Origin: Clostridia bacterium
GTDB lineage: Bacteria; Bacillota; Clostridia; Oscillospirales; CAG-272
Assembly: GCA_017451545.1 (NCBI GenBank)
Contig: JAFTOB010000160.1
Coordinates: forward strand, 1 to 64,000
Reading direction: 5' to 3'
Length of the DNA: 64,000 bases
In this document: piece by piece, positions 9,768-18,026 of the stretch
How the letters are laid out: every line of letters starts with the position of its first letter
Numbering within the stretch: position 1 is the stretch's first letter
Position numbers and translations under genes: made by a program
The notes under the pieces: model-generated
Databases searched by the model: none
What the model was told of the DNA's origin: nothing
What the model saw: only the letters and a program-made list of their open reading frames with translations

Positions 9768-9915
9768 ATTGCGAAAGCAGATACAGCCTGCGGCTGATGA
9801 GATACACGCTTCGCGTGATGATATACGCCTTGCGGCGATGATATGCCATTGCTTTCGCAATGGATAAAAAATCGACAGGTCGAAACCTGTCGATTTTTGG
9901 TGCGGGTAAAAGGAC
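9768..9915. repeat. 148-bp direct repeat, copy B
   Basis: Read directly from the sequence. Ends in the same terminator hairpin (9871-9898) and runs into the 54-nt tRNA-Leu 3' fragment. Confidence 0.85.
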
Positions 9916-9951
9916 TTGAACCTTCACCGAGTTGCCCCGACTAGAACCTGA
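9898..9951 (-). other. 54-nt duplicate of the tRNA-Leu(CAG) 3' half (anticodon loop to CCA); candidate att-type direct repeat
   Basis: Identical to 10812..10865 of the intact tRNA gene. The 5' half is absent and divergence starts inside the anticodon loop. Confidence 0.8.
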
Positions 9952-9976
9952 TGGTAACGTATCCTCGGTGAAAAGT

Positions 9977-10657
9977 TTAACCTTTACCGTACATATAATA
10001 TGGAGTGACTATTTCTCCTGTATATTTATCTATCCAATATTCCGTGTCATAAGCATAATAGTTATCAACAATTTTTTGAATAACTATAACATAAATATGA
10101 TCGGGAGCAGGCTCACTGACATCGAGTTCACCACGATAGGCATTTTTTCCATTATCAAGATCCGCATCTTTGCAATGATTTTCGACAATTTCTATCGCTT
10201 CCTCTACTGAAATACATTTATTCCCCGCTTCGCACGCAGGCGTTGTGATCTCCCCCGTAAAAGCATTGATCAATATCCGATCCATCGTTTGAACGTCGTA
10301 AGGCGTCGTGCCATCATCCCCATCTCTACCACCGTTTGATCTCCATTCAATCAAAAAATCCGCTGTATAATACTCCACGTCGGAACACGGCATATCGGTC
10401 AACACGATCTTTGCGTTCCAGATTGTTCCTGCACCGTAATCTTTGCTACCATCCTGACAGTCCCAATATGTGTTTGCCAAACTCCAAGCCTGCTCTTCCG
10501 TTACGGGATAGCAATTTGTCGACTTTAAGACATCACTTTCGTTGTTTTCCGTATCGCTATTCGTATGAGGCAATTCATTACCGTCATTTTGCACGGTGCA
10601 GGAGATCAGCGAAAGCATCATAATTAAGCAAAGCAAAATTGCAATATATTTCTTCAT
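9977..10657 (-). CDS. Lipoprotein of unknown function
   Basis: Signal peptide with lipobox (LSLISC). It lies between the tRNA-Leu 3' duplicate and the intact tRNA-Leu. Confidence 0.6.
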   Translation of the reverse strand: MKKYIAILLCLIMMLSLISCTVQNDGNELPHTNSDTENNESDVLKSTNCYPVTEEQAWSLANTYWDCQDGSKDYGAGTIWNAKIVLTDMPCSDVEYYTADFLIEWRSNGGRDGDDGTTPYDVQTMDRILINAFTGEITTPACEAGNKCISVEEAIEIVENHCKDADLDNGKNAYRGELDVSEPAPDHIYVIVIQKIVDNYYAYDTEYWIDKYTGEIVTPYYMYGKG

Positions 10658-10811
10658 TTAAACCTCCGAATTTTTAGTCTGTAAGGTCAGTATAACATAC
10701 CGAAAAAGGCGTGTCAATAAGGTGGGGAAAAGTTTTTTTATTTGGCACTTTTTGAGTTCAAAGTGGTGGAAAAACCTAAAAAAACAAAAAGGAGCAAAAG
10801 CTCCTTTTTGT

Positions 10812-10898
10812 TGGTGCGGGTAAAAGGACTTGAACCTTCACCGAGTTGCCCCGACTAGAACCTGAATCTAGCGCGTCTGCCAATTCCGCCATACCCGC
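10812..10898 (-). tRNA. tRNA-Leu (anticodon CAG)
   Basis: Folded by hand. Acceptor GCGGGTA/TACCCGC, D-arm with GG, anticodon stem CTAGA/TCTAG with loop TTCAGGT, long variable arm, T-loop TTCAAGT, encoded CCA. A terminator hairpin lies immediately downstream (10786-10810). Confidence 0.85.
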
Positions 10899-10927
10899 GA
10901 ACGAAGTGAAGCGAGTATGGCGGAATT
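10882..10927. repeat. 13-bp perfect inverted repeat pairing the tRNA-Leu 5' region with the upstream leader
   Basis: aattccgccatac ... gtatggcggaatt with a 20-nt loop. The left arm lies inside the tRNA 5' end. Confidence 0.5.
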
Positions 10928-11084
10928 TCAACTTCCGATGCTTCGCATCGGAACGTTGTCGCCATCACCCGCATCTGAAACGCGATCTCTCACGTCTCTA
11001 TATAAAGCAATGCTTGATCAGGGCCATTGCTTATTTTCAAAAACAAAGCAGCCGCTTTTGCGACTGCTTTGCTTTGGTGCGGGA

Positions 11085-11169
11085 AACGGGACTTGAACCC
11101 GTACGGTGAAATCCACACGCCCCTCAAACGTGCGCGTCTGCCAGTTCCGCCACTCCCGCGTGAGCCGCT
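11085..11169 (-). tRNA. tRNA-Leu (anticodon GAG)
   Basis: Folded by hand. Acceptor GCGGGAG, anticodon loop TTGAGGG, long variable arm, T-loop TTCAAGT, CCA encoded. A terminator hairpin with T-run lies downstream (11040-11084). Confidence 0.85.
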
Positions 11170-11190
11170 GCATTTGTTTGCAACGGTGAT

Positions 11191-11219
11191 ATTATACACC
11201 AACCCGACTTAAATGTCAA
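11191..11219 (-). promoter_or_regulatory. Consensus sigma-A promoter for tRNA-Leu(GAG)
   Basis: TTGACA-17 nt-TATAAT with an extended TG on the minus strand, about 24 nt upstream of the tRNA 5' end. Confidence 0.6.
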
Positions 11220-11354
11220 GCCCTTTTTTGAAATTTTTTCAAAAAAATTTTCGATTCGGGAAACCGCCCATAATATCGGTCAAATCCTGCCCTTTCTTTG
11301 GCAAAATGCCCAATACGTATGTCATAATTCCCTGCTCTTATCTGTATATGCCCT

Positions 11355-11981
11355 CTATTTCGCAAGGGTGGATTCGCTTGCGTGCTCCGGGTTGTGATAT
11401 CGCACTCTCGGCTTTTTTATGTCCTCATAAAATACTGCTGTCGCCGTCTCTATATACGGAACCACCCAGAAAAGCAAAATTCCGCAGCTAAGCACGCTCA
11501 AAAGTATCCATCCTATAAAGCTGAGCTGAAGCAAAAAGTATTTGAGCTTATACCCGTCCATAAGTCCTATGGATTCATCCCTTGCCTCGGATTGAGACAT
11601 TTTAGGATTATCGGCCAGCACGTACATACTCATAGCATACGAATAGCTTTTATATATACCCGGTATTATGAGAAGCAAGCTCCACAGTATCACAAAAAGG
11701 CTGTTCAGAAAATTCAGCAATATGGCATTCAGCATATTGCTAAAACCATCGTAAAGATTTCTGACTCTCATATTCTGACCTCGCACCACTCGCAGGCTGC
11801 ACATGGTCATACCCAAAACGAGGGGCGAGCCAACCACAAATCCCGGAATTTCAAGCAAGAAAATACCGACGATGGCGGCAGAAATCGTGATACCTATATT
11901 AGCCAGGGTTATAAGGCCGAAGGTCTTACGCTTCCCTTTCAGGGATGCCCAGGCCTGCTTTTTGATCTCTCTTATTGTCAT
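11355..11981 (-). CDS. DUF975-like polytopic membrane protein
   Basis: Multiple TM helices. The start is placed at the internal M (MTIREIKKQ). Confidence 0.5.
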   Translation of the reverse strand: MTIREIKKQAWASLKGKRKTFGLITLANIGITISAAIVGIFLLEIPGFVVGSPLVLGMTMCSLRVVRGQNMRVRNLYDGFSNMLNAILLNFLNSLFVILWSLLLIIPGIYKSYSYAMSMYVLADNPKMSQSEARDESIGLMDGYKLKYFLLQLSFIGWILLSVLSCGILLFWVVPYIETATAVFYEDIKKPRVRYHNPEHASESTLAK

Positions 11982-12087
11982 ACTAACACCTCCGTTTGGT
12001 ATATTATACCACTGATTGCAGATAAAATCAAGCAATTATCTCTTGCATATTGTCAAGTATTACTTGCTTTTTACTTTTTATTCCCTC

Positions 12088-12666
12088 TCAGCTTACGTTA
12101 AATCCTTTGAGCTCAAAAAACTTGGTATTGTAGATATATGCGGTGCCGTAGCTCTGCTTCGCCGTAACGTAATAGAAGGTATTCCCTGCCACGGAGGTGT
12201 TTTCAAGCCCCGTCGAGCTCATTCCGTAGGTCTTGCTCCAGCCGTAATGATATCCTTCGGGCATACGCCAGCTTGCGCCGGATTCAAAGTAAAACACCGT
12301 TACCGTGCGCGTGGTTCTCACTCTTCTTCTGCCTAAATGCGGCTCGTATATTTCCTCCTCCGCTATATGGCTTAAAACCTCCTCGGACACCGCGAGCTCG
12401 CCGTTTTTCAGCATATCGGTCATCTTGATTTTTTGGGCTTTTTCCTCCCGCTTTTCCGAAATAAACCTTACCGTATGATACACGGGCACGGTGAGTATAG
12501 CGATAGCGGGCCACGGGTTTTTCATAAGAATGCCCACAAGTATTGCCGCCAAAAGGAACGGGACAATATACACCAAGCGTTTTTCACTGCTTGTGTCTGA
12601 CTTGTACTCAAAAACCGAGACAAGATCATTTCTCATATTATCGACGGTCAAAAGCTCTTTTTTCAC
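12088..12666 (-). CDS. Small membrane protein, unknown function
   Basis: One or two TM helices near the N-terminus plus a soluble C-terminal domain. Member of a co-directional array downstream of the flotillin gene. Confidence 0.5.
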   Translation of the reverse strand: MKKELLTVDNMRNDLVSVFEYKSDTSSEKRLVYIVPFLLAAILVGILMKNPWPAIAILTVPVYHTVRFISEKREEKAQKIKMTDMLKNGELAVSEEVLSHIAEEEIYEPHLGRRRVRTTRTVTVFYFESGASWRMPEGYHYGWSKTYGMSSTGLENTSVAGNTFYYVTAKQSYGTAYIYNTKFFELKGFNVS

Positions 12667-13337
12667 AGCTCTTCCCCTTCCTTCAGATATTTCAAAAAGC
12701 CCTCGTTATCGTAGATGATGACGTTTTCAAGGACTCTGTCGCCGTTACCGAGGCCGCCCTCGCGGGTGTCCTTATTACGGATCTCCATCGGCATTTTCGA
12801 CAGCAGAATTATATTGACGTCGCGTGCGTCGGGAGCCTTCCACGGCATAAACAGGCTTCTTTTCTGCCTCCACGTGCGCGTGCCGAGGGAGACGTGGGCG
12901 CTATCCTTGCCGCTGCGAACCGAGGTGACCTTGGACACGTAGCGTTCCACCGTGTTTTCGTTCTCAAAATAGTAGCGCATATAGGTCTTGACGCCCCGCA
13001 GGATCACCAGATTATGGCGAACCTTTTTGCGGTAAAAGACCGCGTCGTACCTGCCCTTTATGCGGAGCAGGTTCGGAAGATATGCCACCTTTACGTGCTC
13101 GCAAAAGACCCCGTTCAGTTCCCTTTTGATTCGTGACATGAAGATTACTCGCTTGACGAGCAAAAATACCGCGACGGTCAGGGCGACGGCGATGAGCGCG
13201 ATAAGCAGGGGGACGTTTCTGATCGGCTTGCCTCCGTGCGGGGCGAAGAATATGAGCCCTATTATTACGGCCAGCGCGACTGCGGCGAGGGTCTTTATGA
13301 GGTCGAGTATTTTCTTTCTGCTTTTCATTTTCTTCAC
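12663..13337 (-). CDS. Small membrane protein, unknown function (possible distant paralog of 13876..14745)
   Basis: Basic N-terminus, two TM helices, and a roughly 150-aa C-terminal domain. Its stop overlaps the start of the downstream gene. Confidence 0.5.
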   Translation of the reverse strand: MKKMKSRKKILDLIKTLAAVALAVIIGLIFFAPHGGKPIRNVPLLIALIAVALTVAVFLLVKRVIFMSRIKRELNGVFCEHVKVAYLPNLLRIKGRYDAVFYRKKVRHNLVILRGVKTYMRYYFENENTVERYVSKVTSVRSGKDSAHVSLGTRTWRQKRSLFMPWKAPDARDVNIILLSKMPMEIRNKDTREGGLGNGDRVLENVIIYDNEGFLKYLKEGEEL

Positions 13338-13340
13338 CCG

Positions 13341-13859
13341 TTATTTGTTGTCAATCCGCCATTCGTACATTTTTGTGCTGTACACATTCAGCGGCAACTG
13401 TGCTCGCCTTGAAAAATTAAACTTTTTATCAAACCTGAGTATGTAAAACGTGTCGCCTATTTCGGTATAATCCAGAAGTTTCTTGCTGTGAAGCATATAT
13501 TCTCCATTCTTTTGAAAGCACAGAAGGTCAACCACCTGAATTTTTCCGCGGCGGCCTCGGAGAATCACATCCCGTCTGATATCGCAAAGTGTATCGACTT
13601 CCACAACGTACTTCCGCTTGGCAATCTTTACGTAGCAGTATACCAAGTAACCCGCAAAGGCAAGCAGCAGAGCCGCGGCCACGCAAATGGCAAGCTTGCG
13701 CGTTTCCCACCCGGCGATGGCGGCAGGAAGCATAATGACTGTAAGTATCGCAACGATTGCCGTCTGAATCTTCAAATCTTTTTTCAGAAAATCCGCAACA
13801 GCTTTGTGATCCAACGTTTTTTTCAGTTTGTCGGTATCGGTAAATCTGTAATTTCCCAT
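13341..13859 (-). CDS. Small membrane protein, possibly bacterial PH-domain (YdbS/YdbT-like) architecture
   Basis: Two TM helices followed by an approximately 90-aa beta-rich domain. The family call is tentative. Confidence 0.45.
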   Translation of the reverse strand: MGNYRFTDTDKLKKTLDHKAVADFLKKDLKIQTAIVAILTVIMLPAAIAGWETRKLAICVAAALLLAFAGYLVYCYVKIAKRKYVVEVDTLCDIRRDVILRGRRGKIQVVDLLCFQKNGEYMLHSKKLLDYTEIGDTFYILRFDKKFNFSRRAQLPLNVYSTKMYEWRIDNK

Positions 13860-13875
13860 TGTTCATCCAACTTTA

Positions 13876-14745
13876 TTATGTATTGGGTTTTTCAAGCTCC
13901 CTTTCCAAAAGGTCGACAAATCCCGTGCCGCTGTATGCGGCGTAGCCGAAGAACTCGGCGCCGCTTCCGCTTTCAAGCATTTTGCCTTCCTTTTCATCGA
14001 AGGCCTGCATTGAATATGGCGCGGGGTTCATCAGCAGAACCTTCACGTGCTTTTTCGAGCTGTAACGTCCGCCCTCGAAGGCGTAGCTCACGAATTTCAC
14101 TTTTTCGTGGCTGCCGAACATAAGCTTGAATCGATTTTTCAGCACGCCCGTAATGACCTGCGCCATATCGGGCTCTGTAAATCTTATGACCGCGAGGCGG
14201 CGCGGCGTGGGGAAAAACATCACGTCATAGACGGTGTTCCCTGCCTCCACGGTGAAGTCGCAAACGCCCGACGGGCGGCGCACGTTACGGTAGAGGCTAC
14301 GGTTGCGGTAGACCTTTATTTTGCGTTCCTTTGCCATTTTCTTCAGCCGCTTTACGAATTTTCGCCGTCTGAAATAAGGCTTTGAAAGAATCGAGACTAT
14401 GACGATGAAGGCGGCGGACAGAACGACGAAGCTGATCAGCGGCCCGCCGTAAAAGGCGAAGGCGACAAAAGAAATAACGAGGAAGGACAGATAGAGCGCG
14501 GCAAAGAAATATCCGAGTATTGCCACCGCCACGGTGCGGTAAATAACCGAGAAAAAGGACACTCTGCGCGAGCCGTAGCTGCGGTATTTTTCGCGGGCGT
14601 GGTATTCGTTCATTATGCGCTCGCGCTTTTCCTTGGCGGTCAGCTTGCGCTTGCCGTTGAACTCATACATTCCCTGCCCGCGCCCCACCTCGATAAAGGA
14701 GGAATGCATTCTGTCCCAATTACTTCCCATGTGATGTGCCGACAT
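13876..14745 (-). CDS. Membrane protein, unknown function
   Basis: Basic cytoplasmic N-terminal region, three hydrophobic helices and a C-terminal domain. Confidence 0.5.
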   Translation of the reverse strand: MSAHHMGSNWDRMHSSFIEVGRGQGMYEFNGKRKLTAKEKRERIMNEYHAREKYRSYGSRRVSFFSVIYRTVAVAILGYFFAALYLSFLVISFVAFAFYGGPLISFVVLSAAFIVIVSILSKPYFRRRKFVKRLKKMAKERKIKVYRNRSLYRNVRRPSGVCDFTVEAGNTVYDVMFFPTPRRLAVIRFTEPDMAQVITGVLKNRFKLMFGSHEKVKFVSYAFEGGRYSSKKHVKVLLMNPAPYSMQAFDEKEGKMLESGSGAEFFGYAAYSGTGFVDLLERELEKPNT

Positions 14746-14747
14746 AG

Positions 14748-15338
14748 TTATTTCCTTTCGTTAGTCAATCGGAGCGTGTGACCGCAAAGGTCGCACTTTT
14801 TGTTAGCTATGGGGTTTTCGGTGCCGCAGATGACGCAGATGATCTCCTGGCTTGCGGCGGTGGGTAGCACCTGCAGGTATTTTGTGCCCGCAAGGTGGAG
14901 GACGCGGTCGCCCTCGCGGTACTGCTCAAACTTTTGCGATCGGTTTGCGTCGCACTCGTGGACGGTACGGTTTATGACCTTGCCCGAATCGAGGCGAATA
15001 TAGAGAACTACGCTTTCTTTCGTATACATATCTCCGGTTTTGCCCGGCGATTTGCTGCGAAAGGCCGTGCTCAGCTCTCTGTCCACATTGACCACCGTGC
15101 CGATCCATGTCCTTCCCATCAGCGCAACGGGCAGGCCCGTGGCAGCGAAGGGGATCAGGAAGAGAAGGACGTATATGGTGGCCTGATTGCCCGCTCCGAA
15201 GCCGCCGAAGAGCATATCTCCCCACAGGAAGATAAAAAGCGCCACGGCAACGAGGAGGACGGCGAAGGGGATGAGCCGTCTCGCCGCCTTTTTGTTTTTA
15301 TATTCGCGGATATCTGCGGGGATCCTTATCTTTTCCAT
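14748..15338 (-). CDS. Membrane protein with a C-terminal zinc-ribbon (CxxC...CxxC); YdjG-like by analogy
   Basis: Two TM helices and CVICGTENPIANKKCDLCGH at the C-terminus. Confidence 0.55.
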   Translation of the reverse strand: MEKIRIPADIREYKNKKAARRLIPFAVLLVAVALFIFLWGDMLFGGFGAGNQATIYVLLFLIPFAATGLPVALMGRTWIGTVVNVDRELSTAFRSKSPGKTGDMYTKESVVLYIRLDSGKVINRTVHECDANRSQKFEQYREGDRVLHLAGTKYLQVLPTAASQEIICVICGTENPIANKKCDLCGHTLRLTNERK

Positions 15339-15339
15339 A

Positions 15340-15888
15340 TCAATCCTTTTCGACGTTGCGCTTTGCGAGCAAGAGGCAAAGCAGGGTCTCGCCTATGCGG
15401 ACGGCGCCCGCAAGGACGGTTCCGACGATCCAGCCGAGAAGGGGCATATTCATACCCGTAAGGAGGATCCAGCCGAGGTCGGTGAAATAGAAGGTTGCCG
15501 ACATTGCCGCCAGGGGCCACACGGCGCACATAAACACTATAGGGAGCTGGAAGGCGGCGAAGATGCCTGTCTCCCAGAGATTTTGCTTGAGAAAGTTTTC
15601 TTTGTAATATCCGATGACCGTGAAGCTCTCGTCCTTCATTGCCATTCGCAGATCGCGGCGGAAATCGTTGAAGGAGAACTCGATCTTGCTTTCAATAAAG
15701 AAGATTACGGCGTAAAGGATGATTCCGAAGACCGACCAGGTCAGATAGGCCTCGGTGTAAAATTCGTATTTGACCAGCGACATGATATAGCCCGCAAGCA
15801 TCATATCGAAGAGGAACATTCCCGCAACGTGGGCAAGTGCCACGATGCCGAACCATTTAACGAGCTTTCTGAAAAGTGCAGGAGTCAT
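15340..15888 (-). CDS. Polytopic membrane protein (YdjH-like by position)
   Basis: Four to five TM helices. Lies immediately downstream of the flotillin gene. Confidence 0.5.
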   Translation of the reverse strand: MTPALFRKLVKWFGIVALAHVAGMFLFDMMLAGYIMSLVKYEFYTEAYLTWSVFGIILYAVIFFIESKIEFSFNDFRRDLRMAMKDESFTVIGYYKENFLKQNLWETGIFAAFQLPIVFMCAVWPLAAMSATFYFTDLGWILLTGMNMPLLGWIVGTVLAGAVRIGETLLCLLLAKRNVEKD

Positions 15889-15904
15889 AGCTGTGTCCTT
15901 TCTT

Positions 15905-15932
15905 CCCGGGCAACGGCGAGCCGTTGCCCGGG
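15905..15932 (-). promoter_or_regulatory. 12-bp perfect-stem hairpin between the flotillin gene and downstream genes (no T-run)
   Basis: cccgggcaacgg-cgag-ccgttgcccggg. Possible mRNA stabiliser or processing site; it is not a canonical terminator. Confidence 0.35.
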
Positions 15933-15943
15933 GTATACGTGTG

Positions 15944-17365
15944 TCAGTTGTTCTCGGGGTTATTTCCCTTCTCCGTGCCGAGGTACTCGGGCAGCTTCAT
16001 ACCTGCCATATCAAAGACCTCATTCATCGGGGGGATGGACTTCATAATACCCGACAGGAAGTTGGCGGTGGTGCTTTTTCCGTTCTCGCCGTTGCCGTTG
16101 TCCCAGACTGTGATCTTGTCGATCTTCAGATTCTTGATGGCATCGACCTGAATTCTCTCGAGCTCCTCGAGCTTGTCGGCGATCATAAGCTTAACAGCAT
16201 CGTCGGATGCGCCGCCCGATGCCTTGATGATCTCGGCAAAGCCCTCTGCCTGCTTCAACAGCACCTCGCGCATACCGTCAGCCTCTGCGCGCATCTTCAT
16301 AAGAGTTGCGTCGGCCTCGCCTCGCGCCTGACGGCGGATCTCCTCGGCCTTTGCCTCGGCCTGAATCTCAAGCTCGCGCTTCTGGATCTCGGCCTTGACG
16401 ATGATATCCGCCTCGTACTTTGCGCGCTCAAGGCTTGCGCGGGCCTCCTCGGCCTTCTGCTGTGCGGCGTAGGATTCTTCAAGTGCCTTTGCGGCCTGAA
16501 TGTTCTCGGCGGCGGTTGCGCGCTTTAAGGATTCCGCCTCCTGCTCACGTCTGTAAGCCTCGGATGCGGCGATCTGTATCTTCGCCTGGTTCTCACCCTC
16601 GATAGCATCGGAGTTGGACTTGGAAACTCGGATACGCTGATCCATCTCTGCGGCGGCCTGACCGATGGCACCGTTTCTGTCTGCCTCGGCAACCGAAACG
16701 CGGGCATCGTTGATGGCGCGTGCGGCGGCTTCCTTACCGAGAGCGGCTATGTAGCCCGACTCGTCGTTGATATCGGTTACGTTAACGTTGATGAGGCGCA
16801 GACCGATCTTCTTCAGCTCGGTCTCCACGTTGCTCGAAACGGCATCGAGGAACTTATCACGGTCGGTGTTGATCTCCTCGATCTCCATTGTGGCGATGAC
16901 GAGACGGAGCTGACCGAAGATGATATCCTTTGCAAGATCCTGGATCTCGGTCATACGCAGGCCGAGCAGACGCTCTGCCGCGTTCTGCATTACGCCGCTC
17001 TCGGTGGAGATACCGACGGTGAAGCTGGAGGGTACGTCAATACGGATGTTCTGTCTCGACAGGGCGTTCTTCAGGTCAACGCTGATGGACATAGGTGTCA
17101 GATCCAGATACTCGTAGGACTGGACGATGGGCCAGACCAGTGCCGCGCCGCCGTGGATGCACTTTGCGGGGCGGGAGGTGCCGTCCTTGTTGTTGCCGAC
17201 CTTACCGTAGATGACCATGATCTTATCGGAGGGGCATTTCTTGTAGCGCGACACGATGGTCACGAAGAGCATGAAGACGATCAGAACGGCAACGCAGATG
17301 AGGACGATGAGTCCCACGCCGAGGCCGCTCGCATCGGCGTTGAGTAAACGTGTGAGGTTTGTCAT
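15944..17365 (-). CDS. Flotillin (SPFH domain plus flotillin coiled-coil region), FloT/YuaG-like
   Basis: N-terminal TM, SPFH core, and long EA-rich heptad repeats (AEAKAEEIRRQARGEAD...). Confidence 0.85.
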   Translation of the reverse strand: MTNLTRLLNADASGLGVGLIVLICVAVLIVFMLFVTIVSRYKKCPSDKIMVIYGKVGNNKDGTSRPAKCIHGGAALVWPIVQSYEYLDLTPMSISVDLKNALSRQNIRIDVPSSFTVGISTESGVMQNAAERLLGLRMTEIQDLAKDIIFGQLRLVIATMEIEEINTDRDKFLDAVSSNVETELKKIGLRLINVNVTDINDESGYIAALGKEAAARAINDARVSVAEADRNGAIGQAAAEMDQRIRVSKSNSDAIEGENQAKIQIAASEAYRREQEAESLKRATAAENIQAAKALEESYAAQQKAEEARASLERAKYEADIIVKAEIQKRELEIQAEAKAEEIRRQARGEADATLMKMRAEADGMREVLLKQAEGFAEIIKASGGASDDAVKLMIADKLEELERIQVDAIKNLKIDKITVWDNGNGENGKSTTANFLSGIMKSIPPMNEVFDMAGMKLPEYLGTEKGNNPENN

Positions 17366-17399
17366 AGTTGTTTTCCTTTCTTATATGGTTATTTTTGGG

Positions 17400-18014
17400 T
17401 TACTTACCGAGGGGTTCGACCACCAGAGCACCGTTCTCCGAGACCGCGACCACGCGGACGTATGCGCCCGTTGGGATGGGCTCGGCGGAGGTGGTGATGG
17501 CCGAGAGCTCCGTGAGCTGCTCCTGAACCGTGATGCTGACCTTGCCTGCCGACTTGCCTTCCGCGGGAATGGTCAGATACACCTGCGCCACCTTGCCGAT
17601 GGCGTTGCCCACGTCAAGATTTCCGCTTGACTGCAGGCGGGAGATGCCGCGCATTGCAAGCGCGACGAGGAAGAGGGCGAGAACGCCCAGCGCCAGCGAA
17701 ATGGCGGCGCCCACTGCCCAGTGGATATTGAGGGACGGGTCGAGAAAGACAAGTCCGCTCCAGCCCATTATGGACAGCATTGCAACGATGCCGCGCAGAG
17801 TGAAGAAGGACAGACCCGCATCGGGCAGGTCGCCGTCCACGTCATCGGCATCAAAATCACCGTCACCGTCGAGATCCGCATCGGCGTCGCTGTCGCCCAT
17901 ACCGAAAAGCATTGTCACGATAAGGACAACGAGCAGGACAGTGGCCGGCACGGCGATGCAGAGGAAGATCTGCTGACCGAGGATCAGGCTGTTCCAAAAT
18001 TCAATTAAAAACAT
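17400..18014 (-). CDS. NfeD-family membrane protein (YuaF/YqiJ-like flotillin partner)
   Basis: N-terminal TM helices, an acidic DxD-rich loop, and a C-terminal OB-fold-like beta domain. The nfeD-flotillin gene order is conserved. Confidence 0.7.
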   Translation of the reverse strand: MFLIEFWNSLILGQQIFLCIAVPATVLLVVLIVTMLFGMGDSDADADLDGDGDFDADDVDGDLPDAGLSFFTLRGIVAMLSIMGWSGLVFLDPSLNIHWAVGAAISLALGVLALFLVALAMRGISRLQSSGNLDVGNAIGKVAQVYLTIPAEGKSAGKVSITVQEQLTELSAITTSAEPIPTGAYVRVVAVSENGALVVEPLGK

Positions 18015-18026
18015 AGCTTCTCTCCT

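Noticed and set aside
9404-9900. Possible CRISPR array suggested by the regularly spaced repeats
   Set aside because: There are only two copies of a 148-bp unit, far longer than CRISPR repeats. The repeat content is tRNA 3' end plus a terminator. No cas genes are nearby.
10846-11212. Small ORFs (87 aa and 70 aa) overlapping the two tRNA-Leu genes
   Set aside because: They overlap hand-folded canonical tRNAs and their promoter and terminator. No RBS.
11213-11491. 92-aa plus-strand ORF starting inside the tRNA promoter and overlapping the DUF975 gene end
   Set aside because: It overlaps a consensus promoter and the convergent gene 3' end. No RBS.
12088-15888. Possibility that the small membrane-protein array is a phage or defence island
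   Set aside because: There are no nuclease, helicase, integrase, portal or capsid signatures. The tight operonic linkage to flotillin/NfeD and a Psp-like architecture favour a membrane-organisation or stress role.
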